Below, one piece after another: positions 61,201-64,000 of a stretch of 64,000 nt of DNA; within the stretch, counting starts at the first letter, position 1; every line of letters begins with the position of its first letter. Position numbers and translations under genes: made by a program. The DNA is taken from contig JAAOMT010000439.1 of NCBI GenBank assembly GCA_016748015.1, positions 900,719 through 964,718 of the forward strand. The letters are read 5' to 3'. Under the pieces are notes generated by a model. It was not told where the DNA came from, searched no databases, and saw nothing but the letters and a program-made list of their open reading frames with translations. This DNA is from Geosiphon pyriformis uo1 (lineage: Eukaryota > Fungi > Glomeromycota).

Positions 61201-64000
61201 AATGGATTAGTGTGTATATTGTAGATTACAATTTTTTTTTCTTTAAATTTTATGACTCTTTAGAAATAATCAGGATTTTTTTTATTTTTTTTATATAACT
61301 GATTTTAGCAAAACAAATAAAAATTTGATTGTTTATGCAAATTTTTTTTATGCTGTTGAATGTAGTCTAATAAGTATTGTCTTTTACTCAAAAATTCTAT
61401 TAATGCAAAGTAGTTATTCAAGTCTATTATCATGTTTGTTTATGAGGAAGTTACTAATAATTAGGTTGGTTTGGTTTGAGAAGATTGTACTGTTATTAGA
61501 TGGTAAGTTTAGAGAAAGCATTAGTGTTTTGATAATTAACTTCTTTTTGATGTTAAATATTATAGTCAAATTCATCCAAGTAGAATATTTAGTGAATTAT
61601 TTGTTTGTATTTCAGCTTTTTTTTATTATGCAGTCAAACCAAGGCTTGATGATCTATTACTATTAGAAATTTTACACCAAAAAAATATTGATCCCAGTAA
61701 CTAGTAGTTCAAATTATTGCTAAGCATTTTTGTTCAATAACTGAATAGTTTTTTTCTGTTAGTGTAAGAGTTCTATTGGCATATATTATAACATATTCTT
61801 TGTTATTTTCATTTTTTTGTAAAAAAATAGCACCAAGTTCATAGCCAGATGTATCAATATACAGAATAAAAGGTTAATTCAGATCAGATTGTTTAAGAAT
61901 TGGTTCAATAACAAGTTTTTTCTTCAAAGTTTCAAAAGCTTTTTGTTAATAAGTGCTTCAATAATAATTGACATTTTTTCTGAGTAGTTAATTAAAAGAG
62001 AAAGCAATTTTAAAGAAATCCTTAATAAATTTGTGGTAATAAGAAACCAAACCAAAAAAAAAACATAATTCAAGAACATTTATGGATTGTTTAATGTTCT
62101 GGACTTTTTTAATTTTGGCTGAATCAGAAAAAATTTTATCTTTTGTAATAAGATAACCAAAAAATTAGATGGATTGTCATTCAAAAAAAAATTTAATTGG
62201 GTTTATTTTGAGACCAGCATTTCTAAAAAAATCAAAAATTTTTTGCAAGTGTTCAAGCTATTTATTTCAGATTTTTAAGTATACTATTATGTTGTCTAAG
62301 TAGACCAGAACAAAGTTTTCTTTTACTGATTTAAATACTTTGTTTATTAGGCATTAAAAGATAAAAGAAGTATTAATAAGACCAAAAAACATGACTGTAA
62401 ATTTATAGGTGTTATACTTAATAATAAAAGCAGTTTTTTTTTTGCTTTCTGAATTTATCTCTACTTGCCAGAATCTAGCAGTTAAGTTAATGATTAAGAA
62501 GAAAGTAGCACCATTGAATTTGTCTAGCATTGCATCAATTTTAAAAAGTAGGTATATATTTCTTATAGTAATGGTATTTAATTGGCAGTAGTTGGCACAG
62601 AAGCATAAAGTTCTATCTTTTTTAGATACTACTACAACTGAAAAAGCCCATTCAATCTTAGTTTTTTGTATAAATTCAAGATTTTTTATTCTGGTTATCT
62701 CTTTTTTAATGAATTTATTATTGTGTCAATTGAATTAATAAGGCTTTAAATGAATGGAGTGAGTTTCTCTGATGGTAATAGTGTGTTGTATCACATGGAT
62801 TTGTTCAGAAGTGTCACTTTTTTTGAAATAACTGGGCTATTTCTAGCCAACAGATTTTCAATGTCTATTTTTTCTTTTAGGGAGAGTTTTTTTTGTTTTA
62901 CTGCAAGTAATTAGATCTTAAGTAGTTTATTCTCAAAAAACTTTTGTATTTTTTTTATTTTTTCTTTGAGTATCAAAATAATTGGTTTTTAATCTTTGTA
63001 ATAAATCAGGCAGAATTTGTGTTCATTACTAAAAAAATACAAAAGTTTATCACATCAGCACTTAGTATAAGAATTATGTTACCAATAACTGTATTTTGCT
63101 TTTTTGTTAGGTTTTTTATCAAAGATTCTTCTAAAAATATCATAGTAAGACCAACAGATTAGCTTGTTATTTACAATAATTTTTTTTCTGTTAGCTTTGA
63201 TATTATCTAGTGGCTTGTTATTACTAATAAAAATAGTATAGACGAGTTTAGTAATTTCTTTTTGTTCTTCTTAATCTTTTTCTTTATTACTCTTTTTATC
63301 ATCTAATTTATCTGATTGCTCATCTTCTTAATTCTGCTTAAATACTAGAGAAGTTGTTCAATGGTAACACTTAACCACAATAAGTTTCTTACTATATCTG
63401 ATAGTTAGTTCACAAAGTTTATAATTAAATAGTGTTTTGGCTTTCTTGAGCCATTTATTGTCAACAATTATGATGTATTCTTTTGCTTTAGATATTTCTA
63501 TGTCAGTTTTAATGCTAATGTTATTAATACAAACAGAAATAGCTTTGGTTATACCAAGTCTTTTTTTTTGTTACTGTATATATTGATTATTGGTCTGGTT
63601 GAAAGTTTATTAATCTTTTTACTAATGGCTTCCAGGAAGTATTTGACAATAACATAAACAAATAATTTACTGTCTAGAATCAAGTCAATGAAATAACCAG
63701 TTACTTGGACTTTGCAAATAAGAGAAATAATATTGCTGTTGTCAGCAAGTTCAGTTTGGTAAAAGTGCTTGTTAGTTTTTGGTGTCTTTTTTTTGGGATC
63801 AGAGATTTGCAAAAATATTTTCTGAATTGTAAATGAGTTATTAACTGGCCAAAGATAATGTAAGCTAGGGTTTTCATAAAATCTTTAACAATGGAATAAG
63901 TGCCAGATTTTTGTACAATTTCTAGAGATTTTAACTTTGGAAAATTCTTAAAAACTTTAGTCTTTGGTGGCTCATTGTTATTAGCAGTTAATGTGAATGC
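52211..64000 (-). mobile_element. Degenerate Gypsy family C (protease, RT, RNase H, INT, ORF3, 3' LTR 52211-52894), split by the element at 54426-60980; 5' end outside window
   Basis: Minus strand: IDLILDSK (63549..63812, protease); VLVYLDNII at about 62300 (RT); LYIDTSGYELGAI at about 61850 (RNase H); NKYIIIAINYFTK at about 54400 (INT); PPT gaagaaaa at about 52900; LTR end tgttaca at 52211. Confidence 0.85.
54426..60980 (-). mobile_element. Internally deleted family B' LTR element (gag-PR-Cys-rich-dUTPase joined to the 3' part of ORF3; RT/RH/INT absent)
   Basis: LTRs 60161-60980 and 54426-55245; PBS 60143-60160; PPT at about 55250; TSD ttat on both sides; LILDNRSAGSII (protease); deletion junction at about 55680. 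Confidence 0.88.

Overview
Eukaryotic, repeat-dense, AT-rich DNA. The protein families resemble those of Glomeromycotina/Mucoromycota fungi (Geosiphon-like); this taxonomic call is an inference. I see no intact host gene. The window is a nest of decayed retroelements. It holds at least three Ty3/Gypsy families, here labelled A, B/B' and C, plus an old B-like relic; two near full-length APE-RT-RNase H LINEs; LINE 3' fragments; and an ORF1-only non-autonomous LINE-like element. Two paralogous copies of an intron-rich pseudogene are present (5971-10830 and 48325-51494). In the first copy, exon 1 is replaced by a 3.9 kb array of about 24-25 units of 156-166 bp. The units are built from one intron segment plus inverted copies of it, and each folds into two long G-U-rich hairpins. 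Other notable points: a dUTPase between protease and RT in the B-type Gypsy; integrase as a separate ORF about 60 nt after a conserved RNase H stop in three families; a conserved extra ORF3 before the 3' LTR in three families; a conserved 3' stem-loop shared by the LINEs and the ORF1-only element; and transition-dominated (C>T/G>A), non-CpG-restricted hypermutation of the TEs. All alignments were done by eye, and relic boundaries are approximate.
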